Assembly (NCBI GenBank): GCA_046483305.1
Contig: JAWODM010000060.1
Location: forward strand, 1 to 40,066
DNA: 40,066 nt
Source of the DNA: Candidatus Krumholzibacteriales bacterium
Lineage (GTDB): Bacteria; Krumholzibacteriota; Krumholzibacteriia; Krumholzibacteriales; WJIX01
Direction: 5' to 3'
Within the stretch, counting starts at the first letter, position 1, and every line of letters begins with the position of its first letter. A program made the position numbers and the translations under genes. The notes under the pieces were generated by a model that did no database searches, was not told where the DNA came from, and was given only the letters and a program-made list of their open reading frames with translations. This document shows, piece after piece, positions 18,918 through 28,241 of this stretch.

Positions 18918-21008
18918 TCACCTTTCCATTACAGTTTCAATTCCCTGCTGATCAGGGGCTGACTCAAACCCTCTGGGGATTTCTACGAAGAACACAGTCC
19001 CCTCTCCGGGTTTGCTCTGATGGGTTATAGTACCCCGGTGGCTCTCAATTATTTTTCTTGATATCGACAGGCCCAGTCCTGAACCTTCGGTTCGGGTAGT
19101 AAAGAAGGGATTGTAAAGCTTGTCGGATATTCCCTCGCCAATACCGGCACCGTTATCACGGAATTCTATGAGTATCATGCCCTGTTTCTCAGACTCCTTT
19201 ATCATTATTGAAAGAAGCCCGCCCTGATCGCAAGCCTGTATGGCGTTTCTGGACAGATTCAGCACTACCTGTTTCATCTGGTCACTATCCATAACGCATA
19301 TGTCGTCTTCGACACCGCTTTCCACCTCAATCCTGACTCCCCTGCTGTCAGCTTTCTTGCTCAGCAGATCGGTGCAGTTTCTTATTATCTCGCCGATAGA
19401 GCCTCTGGCGAAACGGGGCGAGGCCGGTTTAGCAAAGCTCAACAGATTCTTAATTATTTCATCCAGCCGGTTAATCTCGCTTAGAATTACAGAAATATAC
19501 TCTCTATTGCCCGATTCCTTGTCCAGTTTCTCGCTGAGAACCTGGGCGGTGGTGGCAATTCCGGTCAGAGGATTTCTTATCTCATGAGCCACCCCCGCGG
19601 ACAGTTCTCCAAGGGATCGCAGCCTGTCCGCTCTCCTGAGCTCTTTCTCTATCGCTTTCTGTTCTGACAGATCCTCGAATACCGCCACGATAGTCCTGCC
19701 GGTATAAAGGTCCGTCTGGACGATCCTGCAGTCTACTTTCACGGGAATCCAGTTTTCCCCTTTAACAGCCATTGAATCCTCAAAAGATGAATTCTCCTGT
19801 TTCCCTGAAACCAGCTCTCTGAAAATATCCTTTTCCTTTCCCTCGGGCCCGAAGAGATCGTTGAAATAAACTGCATCAGAAGCCTTATATCCCAGGATTT
19901 CCCTGCCTTTCCTGTTGAGAAAGACAATCTTCCCGTTCTTGTCTGTTTTCATGACACCGCTGTTTATATTCTCCAGTATGGTCTCATTGAAATCCTTCAG
20001 GTTCCGGAGCCTGCTGATATTGACCGCGTTGGCGACTTCCTGAGTAAAAATGGTCTGAATTGTATTTATGAAATAGTAATCTTTGAGATAATCCATTCTG
20101 GATGAGTAATTCTTTCTGAAAACCAGAAAACCCAGCCATCTTCCCTTGAAAAGAAGCGGAATAACCGTATTATCCCACGGTTCAGTACTGGCGACGCAGG
20201 TGGTTATCTTCCGGTCACAGTCTTTAAGGCAGAATATGTCCGACTGAAGAAGGTCCTTGTGCTGGGCGGTTTTCAACTTATTCACAGCTTCATCGATGAA
20301 TTCCCGGGTCAGGTGGTAGTACGCTCTGTCCTTCAATTTATCGGCTCCCCTGCTGAATAACAGGATAGCCGCCCCTTCCGAGTCAAGATACTGGCAGAAA
20401 GCTATCATGAACCTGTCCAGCGCGTCATCCCAGTTCTCATTGGAGCTTATATCCCTTCCCATCTGATAGAGCATTTTCAACCGGGTAATATGCGTTTTCA
20501 GAGATTTATTGGCCCGGGCAAGCTTATCATTGGTGTTGATGATCTTGCGGCTCATAGCATTTCTGCTGTCCTTGAGCTTCTGATTTGCCTTTTCCAGTTT
20601 CCTTATCAGCTCCTGGTTCTCTCTGATCATCTGGTTGTGATTCAAGGCCGCTTCCACTACTTCCCCAAGCTGGTCCATATCAAAAGGTTTGCGTATGAAG
20701 TCAAAAACATTCAGCCGGAGCGCCCGTATGGTGGATTCAATCGAAGCATGGGCGGTCATTATTATACACCTGGCATTCGGCAGATTACTGTTAAACTTCT
20801 TGATAAGATCAATTCCTGAGCAGTCGGGAAGTTTCAGTTCTACCAGAGCGATCTCGAAATTGCTGTTTTCAATAAATCTCTCGGCGTCACTTCCGCTGGA
20901 GGCAGTGTAGACCTCATAACCTTTTTCGCTGAAATGATTTTCTATTATCTCAACTACCGGCCCCTCGTCATCCACAATTAATAGAGGACCTTTCTGATCC
21001 AAGACCAT
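18918..21008 (-). CDS. Hybrid sensor histidine kinase: receiver, coiled coil, GAF-like, PAS, HisKA, HATPase
   Basis: LLIVDDE receiver, AHEIRNPL H-box, NLSRNA N-box, DNGAGI, PFFTT, GSGLGL; no transmembrane segment seen. ATG at 21008 preferred. Confidence 0.93.
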   Translation of the reverse strand: MVLDQKGPLLIVDDEGPVVEIIENHFSEKGYEVYTASSGSDAERFIENSNFEIALVELKLPDCSGIDLIKKFNSNLPNARCIIMTAHASIESTIRALRLNVFDFIRKPFDMDQLGEVVEAALNHNQMIRENQELIRKLEKANQKLKDSRNAMSRKIINTNDKLARANKSLKTHITRLKMLYQMGRDISSNENWDDALDRFMIAFCQYLDSEGAAILLFSRGADKLKDRAYYHLTREFIDEAVNKLKTAQHKDLLQSDIFCLKDCDRKITTCVASTEPWDNTVIPLLFKGRWLGFLVFRKNYSSRMDYLKDYYFINTIQTIFTQEVANAVNISRLRNLKDFNETILENINSGVMKTDKNGKIVFLNRKGREILGYKASDAVYFNDLFGPEGKEKDIFRELVSGKQENSSFEDSMAVKGENWIPVKVDCRIVQTDLYTGRTIVAVFEDLSEQKAIEKELRRADRLRSLGELSAGVAHEIRNPLTGIATTAQVLSEKLDKESGNREYISVILSEINRLDEIIKNLLSFAKPASPRFARGSIGEIIRNCTDLLSKKADSRGVRIEVESGVEDDICVMDSDQMKQVVLNLSRNAIQACDQGGLLSIMIKESEKQGMILIEFRDNGAGIGEGISDKLYNPFFTTRTEGSGLGLSISRKIIESHRGTITHQSKPGEGTVFFVEIPRGFESAPDQQGIETVMER

Positions 21009-21182
21009 ACCCCCCACTTGCAAAATGAAATAATCGTATACCTTAGGATTATATTAATAAAAGCATTACAGGGCAACAAGAAAGGCAATTGCCTGAATTC
21101 AATTCGTATGAAACCGCCGGGAAACTTCCGGCCATATTATTTTCTTCAGTTGCCAGAGGGACTGAACAGGAAATTCATTCCT

Positions 21183-21545
21183 TCAAATATATCGTCTTAT
21201 GAAATCGGAAAGTACTGCACGGGAATCTTTGGACATATAGGTGATGTAAACGGCGATCCTGAAAGCGTCAGGCTCATCATCGCGCTTTTCCGGTTCCGTT
21301 CTCACTACTACCCCGTCAAACATAGCCTTCTCTTCTTTCTCTTCGCCTCCCTCTCCCACCGGTATCACCAGCCCCATTTGAACTTTTGTCAGCGGATCGA
21401 TATGCTGATTGGAACGAAAATAAATTCCGTTCATACTTATATTAATTGTTTCACCGCTGGCGCGGTCTCCTTCACCGCTTACGTCGAGCGGTATGGATAC
21501 ATCTATCCTTTCAGCGCGCCTTCTTTCCTTTATTCTCATAAGCAC
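21183..21545 (-). CDS. PilZ-domain protein (c-di-GMP receptor)
   Basis: ERRRAER (RxxxR) and NISMNG (D/NxSxxG) motifs. Start may be 21539. Confidence 0.88.
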   Translation of the reverse strand: MLMRIKERRRAERIDVSIPLDVSGEGDRASGETINISMNGIYFRSNQHIDPLTKVQMGLVIPVGEGGEEKEEKAMFDGVVVRTEPEKRDDEPDAFRIAVYITYMSKDSRAVLSDFIRRYI

Positions 21546-21589
21546 CCTTCAAAAAATGAAATATGATTCTTCCCGGTAAGTGATTTCCC

Positions 21590-21865
21590 CTAACCGTTTA
21601 TTCTCTCCTTCAGAAGCTTGGAAGGTTTGAAATAAGGTACCAGTTTCGCCGGCACATGAACGGCCTCGCCGGTTCTCGGATTTCTGGCCATTCTCTCACC
21701 ACGCTGTTTTACCTTGAAGCTGCCGAATCCCCTTATCTCGATCTTCTTGCCTTCCGAAAGCGAATTCTTGATATTGTCGATAATCAGATCAACCACCACG
21801 AAGGATTCCTTCTTATTCAGCTTCGTCTTTGCGGCAATCTCCTCTACTATGTCTGCTTTGGTCAC
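21590..21865 (-). CDS. HU/IHF-family DNA-binding protein
   Basis: MTKADIV, IEIRGFGSF, ARNPRTGE, PYFKPSKLLKE; GTG start after AGGAGG. Confidence 0.97.
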   Translation of the reverse strand: MTKADIVEEIAAKTKLNKKESFVVVDLIIDNIKNSLSEGKKIEIRGFGSFKVKQRGERMARNPRTGEAVHVPAKLVPYFKPSKLLKERING

Positions 21866-22136
21866 CTTTGGTCACCTCCTGCTTTCCATGTATAAGTAAT
21901 TAATGCTTAATAAATTCAATCATAGACCCAAAAGTTTGTCAAATAAATAATTTCTTAATCATATTTCATATTTCTATTGTTCTCTTGTAGAAGGTGTGCT
22001 GTTTGTGGTAATATTATAAAAGTTCCCCGTTTGAAACGTGTGGCATTGAAAGTATGGATTCCCAAAAGAACAGAGAATGTACTCAATCCCAGGACACGAA
22101 TCAACAGGGAACTATCCGCGTGCTCCCAGATACTCT

Positions 22137-22152
22137 TTCAAGAGTCGTGCCA
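22137..22152 (-). promoter_or_regulatory. Candidate sigma54 promoter upstream of the HU/IHF and PilZ genes
   Basis: Minus strand TGGCACGACTCTTGAA has a perfect -24 TGGCACG and correct spacing, but the -12 is TTGA rather than TTGC. Confidence 0.4.
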
Positions 22153-22296
22153 CATCCGGGCTGGCCTGAATAACTCTGTTATATGGTTATATTATAATTA
22201 GTTACAGTATGATTTGATTCAGGTATGTTCGGGCGTGTCAATCATGGACCTTGCAATATGATTGTGGTTGGTTCCGGGTACGGTATATCAGGGGAA

Positions 22297-23103
22297 TCAG
22301 TCCCGCAATCTGTTTTCACGATAGTATCTTATCAGCCTGGAGCACCCGGGGTCCATTCCAGCCGCCGCTTCGGTTGCCCTGAGCGTCTCCCATATACGCC
22401 TGTTGGAGGGATCGCAGATAACCGCATCTATCCCCGATGCTACTGCCATAGCCAGGAAAACACTGTTAAGGAGCTGTCTCATGGGGAGGCCGAAAGAGAC
22501 ATTGGATAAACCTCCGACCGTCTTGTATCCTGGTAATTCAGATTTAATAAGGCTGACTGCCCGCAGAAAAATCGCAGCTCCCTCAGACGATGTGCCTATA
22601 GAGGTTGCCACCGGATCGAAATATACCCTTTCGGGGGCTACCTTCATTTTTTCCAGGGTATCCGCGGATGCCTTCGCCAGTTCAAGCCTTCCCTCCGGGT
22701 CAGGTGGTATCCCGTTGCTGTTTTTGAGGATTATAATAACCGACGCCCCGTTTTCTCCCGCCACCTCTGAAATATTCTCGATACTGGCCCGGTCTGCGGG
22801 TATGGAATTCAGAATCACCCTCTCCCCGAATCTTTCTCCTGCTTTCTTGAGAAGGTCCTGGCGCGGAGTATCAACACATACCATTACTTCGTGCCTGCTC
22901 AGAACTGTCTCTGTGGCCCAGAATATTGTCTCTTCCTCCCGCTCCATCAGCATGGCGGCATTAATATCCAGAGCGGAAGCCCCGGCATTTACCTGGCGCT
23001 CCGCCAGCGCCAGCAGCTCATCCCGGTCTTTCCTCCGCATAATATCCTTAACCTTATCGCTGGAGCTTATAAGTTTTTCTCCTATTACAAATATTCTTTT
23101 CAT
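22297..23103 (-). CDS. Pterin-binding methyltetrahydrofolate:corrinoid methyltransferase (AcsE / MetH folate domain-like)
   Basis: VIGEKL, QVNAGASALDIN, VCVDT, ILNS, YFDP, GGLSNVSFGLP, GIDAVICDP. Confidence 0.85.
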   Translation of the reverse strand: MKRIFVIGEKLISSSDKVKDIMRRKDRDELLALAERQVNAGASALDINAAMLMEREEETIFWATETVLSRHEVMVCVDTPRQDLLKKAGERFGERVILNSIPADRASIENISEVAGENGASVIIILKNSNGIPPDPEGRLELAKASADTLEKMKVAPERVYFDPVATSIGTSSEGAAIFLRAVSLIKSELPGYKTVGGLSNVSFGLPMRQLLNSVFLAMAVASGIDAVICDPSNRRIWETLRATEAAAGMDPGCSRLIRYYRENRLRD

Positions 23104-23158
23104 TACGAAGCCCCCTGGTGGGAGTGGAACCGGTATCTTATAATATACTGAGAAATTT

Positions 23159-24541
23159 TTAAATAGTGTAACCGCTCTGCCTGCAGTATTTGTACAATGT
23201 CTCGAACAGCTTTACCCTGGCCTTTGTTATTTTTATATCTCTCCGGTCCATCATAAGCTCCGCTGTTCTGACAGCCTTTTTCAGATCGAAAGTTGTCATT
23301 TCAGGTTTCATCTTCCAAATAAAACTTGGTATGAATTTCGGAGGGAACCCTGGTTCAATAAGGTTTGAATTAAAACCGATAACTGTTCCGGTATCCAGTC
23401 TTGAGTTTATCGCGATCTTGGTATGATCGCCTACCACTGAGCCAAGAAAGCGCCTGCCGGTTTTTACCTTCCGCCCGGCGTTCCAGGCCCTTACAGTTCC
23501 GTAATTATTCTTAAGATCGCTGTTGCAGGTGCCGGCTCCGATGTTAACCCACGAACCTATATATGAATGGCCCAGGAAACCAATATGCTGTTTGTTGGAA
23601 CAGGACGCTATCACTGTTTCTTCAACCTCTCCCCCAACCCTGCACCCCCTGCCCAGCGAGGTCCCGCTCCCTACCTTGGCGCCCGCTCTTATAATACATT
23701 TTCTGCCTATGAAACAGGGACCGTTTATAATGGCATTCGGTTCTATCAGCACGCTGTCGTCTATCAGTATGGGGCCTTCCGAGGCATCCAGAACGGTTCC
23801 TGATCTGACTTCAACTTCAGAACCTATGACAATATCCGCCTCATTTATCAATTCTACCCCGGTGAACAGTTCCGAGTCAGGGTCCTTCCCCCTCAGCGGG
23901 TTCTTGCTGAAATCATCCCTGATGCAGTCGGCATTAAAGCCGATCAGATGCCAGTGCCTTGAAAATAATTTCTGATTGGTGGTAATAATATTAACATCCG
24001 ATTTGTCAGCCCAATCTCTGAATTCTGCTGTGAACCGGTCTCCTTCATCCTCTTCCTTATTTTCGGTTTCAGATATCTTCCTGATATTTTCTATTATGCT
24101 GTCCATTCTGTTGTCTCCGGTTATACCGAGAAGAAAATCCAGAAAGCTTCTCGACTTTTCTTCCGACAGCCTGGATAGCACCGGAACGTCATTTTTCACC
24201 ATTACGCTGTCCGGTAGAACCTCCTCAGTCAGCTCCCGCAGGTCATCCCCGAAGGCCATAATCCTGCTGTTAATGAAGACTGTCTCCCCCCTCACCTCGT
24301 TAATGAGGATATCGAACTCATTCTTTTCCGTAATGACCTGTTTCTCCAGGTCCTCTGCCATATAAGGACGGCAGTGGAGTGATACCCGCTCAGGGTTGAT
24401 ATCCTTGATTATCCTGTTTCTGAGCGTATCTGTTCCCAGGAATATCTCAAATACCGGTTTGTTCAGAGACAGGGGAAACAGATTTGGAAATTTGTGGTCT
24501 TCAAAAATACATACTGAATGTATGTCCGATTCTTTTGCCAT
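23159..24541 (-). CDS. GlmU-related sugar nucleotidyltransferase / hexapeptide-repeat protein
   Basis: FED...NLFPLSLNKPVFE N-terminus; LDASEGPI, VGGEV, NKQHIGFLGHSYIGSWVNIGAGTCNSDLKNNY. Confidence 0.82.
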   Translation of the reverse strand: MAKESDIHSVCIFEDHKFPNLFPLSLNKPVFEIFLGTDTLRNRIIKDINPERVSLHCRPYMAEDLEKQVITEKNEFDILINEVRGETVFINSRIMAFGDDLRELTEEVLPDSVMVKNDVPVLSRLSEEKSRSFLDFLLGITGDNRMDSIIENIRKISETENKEEDEGDRFTAEFRDWADKSDVNIITTNQKLFSRHWHLIGFNADCIRDDFSKNPLRGKDPDSELFTGVELINEADIVIGSEVEVRSGTVLDASEGPILIDDSVLIEPNAIINGPCFIGRKCIIRAGAKVGSGTSLGRGCRVGGEVEETVIASCSNKQHIGFLGHSYIGSWVNIGAGTCNSDLKNNYGTVRAWNAGRKVKTGRRFLGSVVGDHTKIAINSRLDTGTVIGFNSNLIEPGFPPKFIPSFIWKMKPEMTTFDLKKAVRTAELMMDRRDIKITKARVKLFETLYKYCRQSGYTI

Positions 24542-24601
24542 TATTTTCCGTTCTTGATGAAGATTCAGAAGTAATTGCGCAGACGGGACAAAAAATAAAA
24601 A

Positions 24602-24677
24602 TGGTGGAGTTGACGGGGCTCGAACCCGTGACCTCTTGTCTGCCAGACAAGCGCTCTCCCAGCTGAGCTACAACCCC
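24602..24677 (-). tRNA. tRNA-Ala(GGC), CCA encoded
   Basis: Reverse complement GGGGTTGTAGCTCAGCTGGGAGAGCGCTTGTCTGGCAGACAAGAGGTCACGGGTTCGAGCCCCGTCAACTCCACCA; G3:U70 identity pair. Confidence 0.97.
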
Positions 24678-24689
24678 TCTTTATAGCTC

Positions 24690-24717
24690 AAAATAGCAAA
24701 TTGACAGTTGTAGTCAA
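24690..24717 (-). promoter_or_regulatory. Candidate promoter of tRNA-Ala
   Basis: Minus strand TTGACT-N16-TATTTT with extended TG, 12 bp before the tRNA. Confidence 0.5.
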
Positions 24718-25038
24718 GAGAAAATTATCGGTTGGAGTTTCCCCAATTTTTATAATCTATCAGGTAGTTTAATTATTGGTTTGGTTTGCGGCTGAGTGAT
24801 TAATTCAAAATCGTTGTCGGTTTCCCCGGCGATGAAACCGCAACTCCCGCCTCGCACATCGCTCTTTCTGCCCCTGACGGGGCAGAAAACCATGCCCGCT
24901 CGCCCTCCGGAGGGTTTTGAATTAATCACTCAGCCGCTTCTATCAATGCTTAAGGCCGATTCCAGTTGCTATTAAAACTAAGTTGTTGTTAAAGATTACC
25001 TTGCCGACATTCTGGCTTATTTTTTGGGGAAACTCCTG
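24712..25038. mobile_element. MITE-like non-coding repeat, copy 2, between the divergent tRNAs
   Basis: 325/327 identical to 1-327. Outer IRs 24734-24746 / 25024-25036; inner IRs 24788-24810 / 24915-24937; flanked by GAAAATTAYCGG direct repeats. Confidence 0.78.
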
Positions 25039-25140
25039 AAAATTACCGGGGGCAGCCCCAAACTGATAACAGCCCTGGGCCAATTATGTGTAACTATTTC
25101 GGGATGCCTGAGCCGTCTGTATGAATAGACAAATCTATTC

Positions 25141-25169
25141 TTGACAGAAAACCTGATAGGGAATATTTT
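25141..25169 (+). promoter_or_regulatory. Candidate promoter of tRNA-Leu
   Basis: TTGACA-N17-TATTTT, 8 bp before the tRNA. Confidence 0.65.
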
Positions 25170-25177
25170 CTCGTTGA

Positions 25178-25262
25178 GCCGGAGTGGTGAAACTGGTAGA
25201 CGCAGGGGACTCAAAATCCCCCGGAGCTCTGCTTCATGCGGGTTCGAATCCCGCCTCCGGCA
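25178..25262 (+). tRNA. tRNA-Leu(CAA), CCA not encoded
   Basis: GCCGGAG/CTCCGGC acceptor stem plus A discriminator, GGGGA-CTCAAAA-TCCCC anticodon arm, long variable arm, GGTTCGAATCC. Confidence 0.97.
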
Positions 25263-25282
25263 GTTTTTAATTCAGGAAATAA

Positions 25283-25582
25283 CTACCGCTTTTCGGCCGC
25301 CCCGCTGAGTTTATTCTGGAATCCTCTAATAATATCATACGCCACTTCCCTGGTGCTGCCCATTCCAAGGCCGGTAAGATAGAGCTGGGCCGGGTAGAGC
25401 GCGTCGATCCTGTCCAGCCACTTGATTTTTCCTGAATCCGGTTCCCGTCCGCTGTTTGTTGTTTCTACGTTCGACAAACAGGAGAAAATGAATACAAGCC
25501 CGAGGCAGAAAACAACCGCTTTGCTGTCACTTAAAAGATTCAGCGAAAAGAAAGCTGATCCGCCTGTCTTTGATTTCAACAT
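25283..25582 (-). pseudogene. Probable truncated LPP20-like lipoprotein
   Basis: Hydrophobic stretch with lipobox IFSC, then W......YP...YLTGLG.G, which resembles the start of an LPP20 domain, then an early stop. Last gene of the lipoprotein run. Confidence 0.45.
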
Positions 25583-26882
25583 TTTCCTTCACTATCCTTT
25601 CCGGAGGGTATCCGGATCTCTCCATCTCAATAACCAGGTCGTAAATCCCCGGTTTCAGCCTTAACCTTTTCATATTTATTCTGCCCGGAACGGTTCTCCA
25701 GCATCTGATGTCGGCGCGGGTAACCTCTTCTGCAACCGCATCGGTGATAGTTCCTATAATCAGGTTTCCCAGCTTGTTTCCGGTATCCATTTTATCCTTC
25801 GCGCTTTCCGTTGCCTTGAATTTAGCCAGCGCCCTCAACCAGGTTTTCAGCATTATGCCGGGCATTTTGTCGGACATATTCTTCATAGCTATCTCTGTTA
25901 TGTTCTGGACTTCCTCGGCCGGAAACATTCCGATTTCATGTTCGGACGGTATCCCCGCATAAACATTATCAATGCCGCTCTCCCTCCGGACCAGCTCCGG
26001 GACCAGAATCTGAAAGGTATGCGTTTTTCCTTCATCGTCCACATGAGTAAAACTGGCTTCCAGTTCTCTCTTGAAAGGAACCAGCCCGGTCATGGCAATT
26101 ACTACCGCTTCGCCGTAATGGCCGCTCTCCTCTTCTATTTCTATCTCCAGTCCGAACTTGTTGCTGTATTCTTCATATTGACCGCGGAAGCCCAGATAAT
26201 TGGCAAGCCTCAGGATATCAAGCTTAAGTTGTTCGGGAACAGAAAAGGGAAACATTTTCCTGTAATCCCGATAACCCTCCAGAGCCAGCTTGTAGGAAAC
26301 ATAGGCGTTATTCGGTTCTCCCAGGGCTTCATAAATAATGCCGGCCAGGTATTGCGCAAATGCGTCATTGCGGTATTTATTTTCCCCTTCATACTTCCGG
26401 GAGAGAAGCTTCAGTTTCTGATTAATTGCTCTTGCCTCAACGCCCGCGTCTTCAAGTTTCCCCATTTTGATGAAGCTGAAAGCCGCAAATACATGAATCA
26501 TCACCTTTTCATAGTCTTCGCCGTCGTAGGGAGTAATATTTGGATTCACCAGCCCGGCCGCTTCGGTTGACATTCTTCTGGTAAAAAGTTCTTCGGAAAC
26601 CCTGGCCGCTTCCAGGAAATCTGAAGCGCTCCGTTCATAGCTCCCCGAGTAGAAATTAAGAGTCCCCCTGTTGAGAAGAAACAGAAGCCTGTTTCTATCT
26701 CCGAACTTACTCTGGTTTCCTTCAAGCTCGGCAAGCGCTCCGGTGTAATCCTCCGCCGGAAGGTACCGGTCCACCCTCATTTCCAGCATCAGGTTGGACG
26801 CACACCCGGCTGCCGCGATAATCATTGCCATCACTGCCAGCAGGTAACCGGTGCGGCCTTCAGTCTTCAGATTATATTTCAC
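25527..26882 (-). CDS. COG3014-like TPR lipoprotein, usual neighbour of lpoB-like genes
   Basis: Lipobox AAGC; YDGEDYEKVM, AGVEAR, AYVSYK and ADIRCWRTVP motifs. Confidence 0.75.
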   Translation of the reverse strand: MKYNLKTEGRTGYLLAVMAMIIAAAGCASNLMLEMRVDRYLPAEDYTGALAELEGNQSKFGDRNRLLFLLNRGTLNFYSGSYERSASDFLEAARVSEELFTRRMSTEAAGLVNPNITPYDGEDYEKVMIHVFAAFSFIKMGKLEDAGVEARAINQKLKLLSRKYEGENKYRNDAFAQYLAGIIYEALGEPNNAYVSYKLALEGYRDYRKMFPFSVPEQLKLDILRLANYLGFRGQYEEYSNKFGLEIEIEEESGHYGEAVVIAMTGLVPFKRELEASFTHVDDEGKTHTFQILVPELVRRESGIDNVYAGIPSEHEIGMFPAEEVQNITEIAMKNMSDKMPGIMLKTWLRALAKFKATESAKDKMDTGNKLGNLIIGTITDAVAEEVTRADIRCWRTVPGRINMKRLRLKPGIYDLVIEMERSGYPPERIVKENVEIKDRRISFLFAESFK

Positions 26883-26885
26883 AGA

Positions 26886-27500
26886 TCAGAACCTGTATTT
26901 ATCCCGTTCGACCAACTTCTTGATCTTTTTCTGTCCGATCCACACCTTTTCGTTCGTCTCGATATTGATCAGTTCAAGGTCCACCTGATAAAATTTTGCC
27001 TGTTTTCCTTCTACCTGATCGATAATCGAATTTATGCTTCCGAACAGCATAAAATCAGCCCCTAATTCTCTTCCCATTTCCTTCATGGTTTCCGGCGATG
27101 CATTCATGGACTGATCGTATTTTTCATCCCTGAGAGCTTCCCTGATATCTTTTTCAGCAACGAAAGAAACCCTGCCGCTGTTTATCAGTTCTCGCTGCAG
27201 GTCATTCACGAATGTTTCGGTGGCTATATGCTCTGAGGTTTTATTACGCACAAAACCAACAATAACCGCTGGCTTTTTCCCTTCTCTTCCGGTGAACTCT
27301 CCCAGCCAGGGCCTGGAAAGGCAGTCTGAAATCATTTCTTCTGAGACCAGCCTGGAATCAGTGTCATTCCAGTCACCGCTCAGGTCCGTCACCGTATCGG
27401 TTTCGGTACGGGTTACATTGACGGAAGGTCCTCCGCACCCTGCAAAAACCGCTGCCGAAACGAGCGCTATACATAAAATGTACGAGGCATGTTTATTCAT
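26886..27500 (-). CDS. lpoB: LpoB-like lipoprotein (penicillin-binding protein activator family)
   Basis: Lipobox FAGC; DLSGDWNDTDS, NKTSEHI, LINSG, GADFMLFGSI, ETNEKVW. Start at ATG 27500 after AGGAG. Confidence 0.78.
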   Translation of the reverse strand: MNKHASYILCIALVSAAVFAGCGGPSVNVTRTETDTVTDLSGDWNDTDSRLVSEEMISDCLSRPWLGEFTGREGKKPAVIVGFVRNKTSEHIATETFVNDLQRELINSGRVSFVAEKDIREALRDEKYDQSMNASPETMKEMGRELGADFMLFGSINSIIDQVEGKQAKFYQVDLELINIETNEKVWIGQKKIKKLVERDKYRF

Positions 27501-27522
27501 CCGAACAACTCCTTTTCTGTTT

Positions 27523-28086
27523 CTATTCTCCCTTATCGATCTGCACGTCCAGCCTCTTGAAGGCGTCCTCCGCGTTTTTCTGAACATACTCTTTCATGGC
27601 CATGTCAATCTCGTTGAGTTTTTCAAGGTTATCCCTGAAGGTGTCGAAATCGAGCCTGGCCATTGCGTAAACGGTGTTGTCATCTTCATCGATATGCCGT
27701 TTGTCAACGTATATGCCGCTGGTTGACTGGCCTACGATAGTCCTCTGAACGTTTATGATGTTCTGCTCTTCACTCGAATCAATTTCACCGCTTATGGTAG
27801 AGGCCATGTAATCTTCCATAATACCCTCAACCCTGGTGTGGAATACTCTGGCTATGCTCCCGATTGCCCGGTTTTCAGCGGTTTTCATTGCCAGGGCCTC
27901 ATTCCTTACACCTGATACCACACCCACTCCGATAATATTGTCGTCCGAATCGAACTGCCCCGGGTTCAGAACCCAGTCCGGAAGGTCTTTGCCTTCCTCG
28001 CCCATCGAAGTCTTGTCGACCCCGCCGCCTCCGCATCCGGAAAGGACCAGGGAGAGGCAGACCAGAATGTAGACTGAATTGCGCAT
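27523..28086 (-). CDS. LPP20-family lipoprotein
   Basis: Lipobox LSGC, LPDWV, GVGV, AENRAIGSIAR; AAGGAGG RBS before ATG 28086. Confidence 0.72.
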   Translation of the reverse strand: MRNSVYILVCLSLVLSGCGGGGVDKTSMGEEGKDLPDWVLNPGQFDSDDNIIGVGVVSGVRNEALAMKTAENRAIGSIARVFHTRVEGIMEDYMASTISGEIDSSEEQNIINVQRTIVGQSTSGIYVDKRHIDEDDNTVYAMARLDFDTFRDNLEKLNEIDMAMKEYVQKNAEDAFKRLDVQIDKGE

Positions 28087-28241
28087 GGCAACCTCCTTCA
28101 GTGAATTGAATTTAATACTCTTAACCCGGTGACTGTTGATACGCAAACTTTAAACCGATTTTTTTTATTCGGTCAAGATTTTTATGAATTTTATAACTGC
28201 CCTGATATCCTGTATTTAGAAACAGAAGTATTTCCTGTCAT

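Noticed and set aside
24640..24646. C32-G38 in the tRNA-Ala(GGC) anticodon loop
   Set aside because: A 32-38 pair (A-U or C-G) is a known conserved feature of tRNA-Ala(GGC).
25017..25214. 65-aa ORF overlapping tRNA-Leu
   Set aside because: Its start (MSPLRLPVSPLR) is the antisense translation of the tRNA.
24602..25262. tRNAs as attachment sites for a prophage or genomic island
   Set aside because: No integrase and no duplicated tRNA 3' end seen; the flanking genes are housekeeping.
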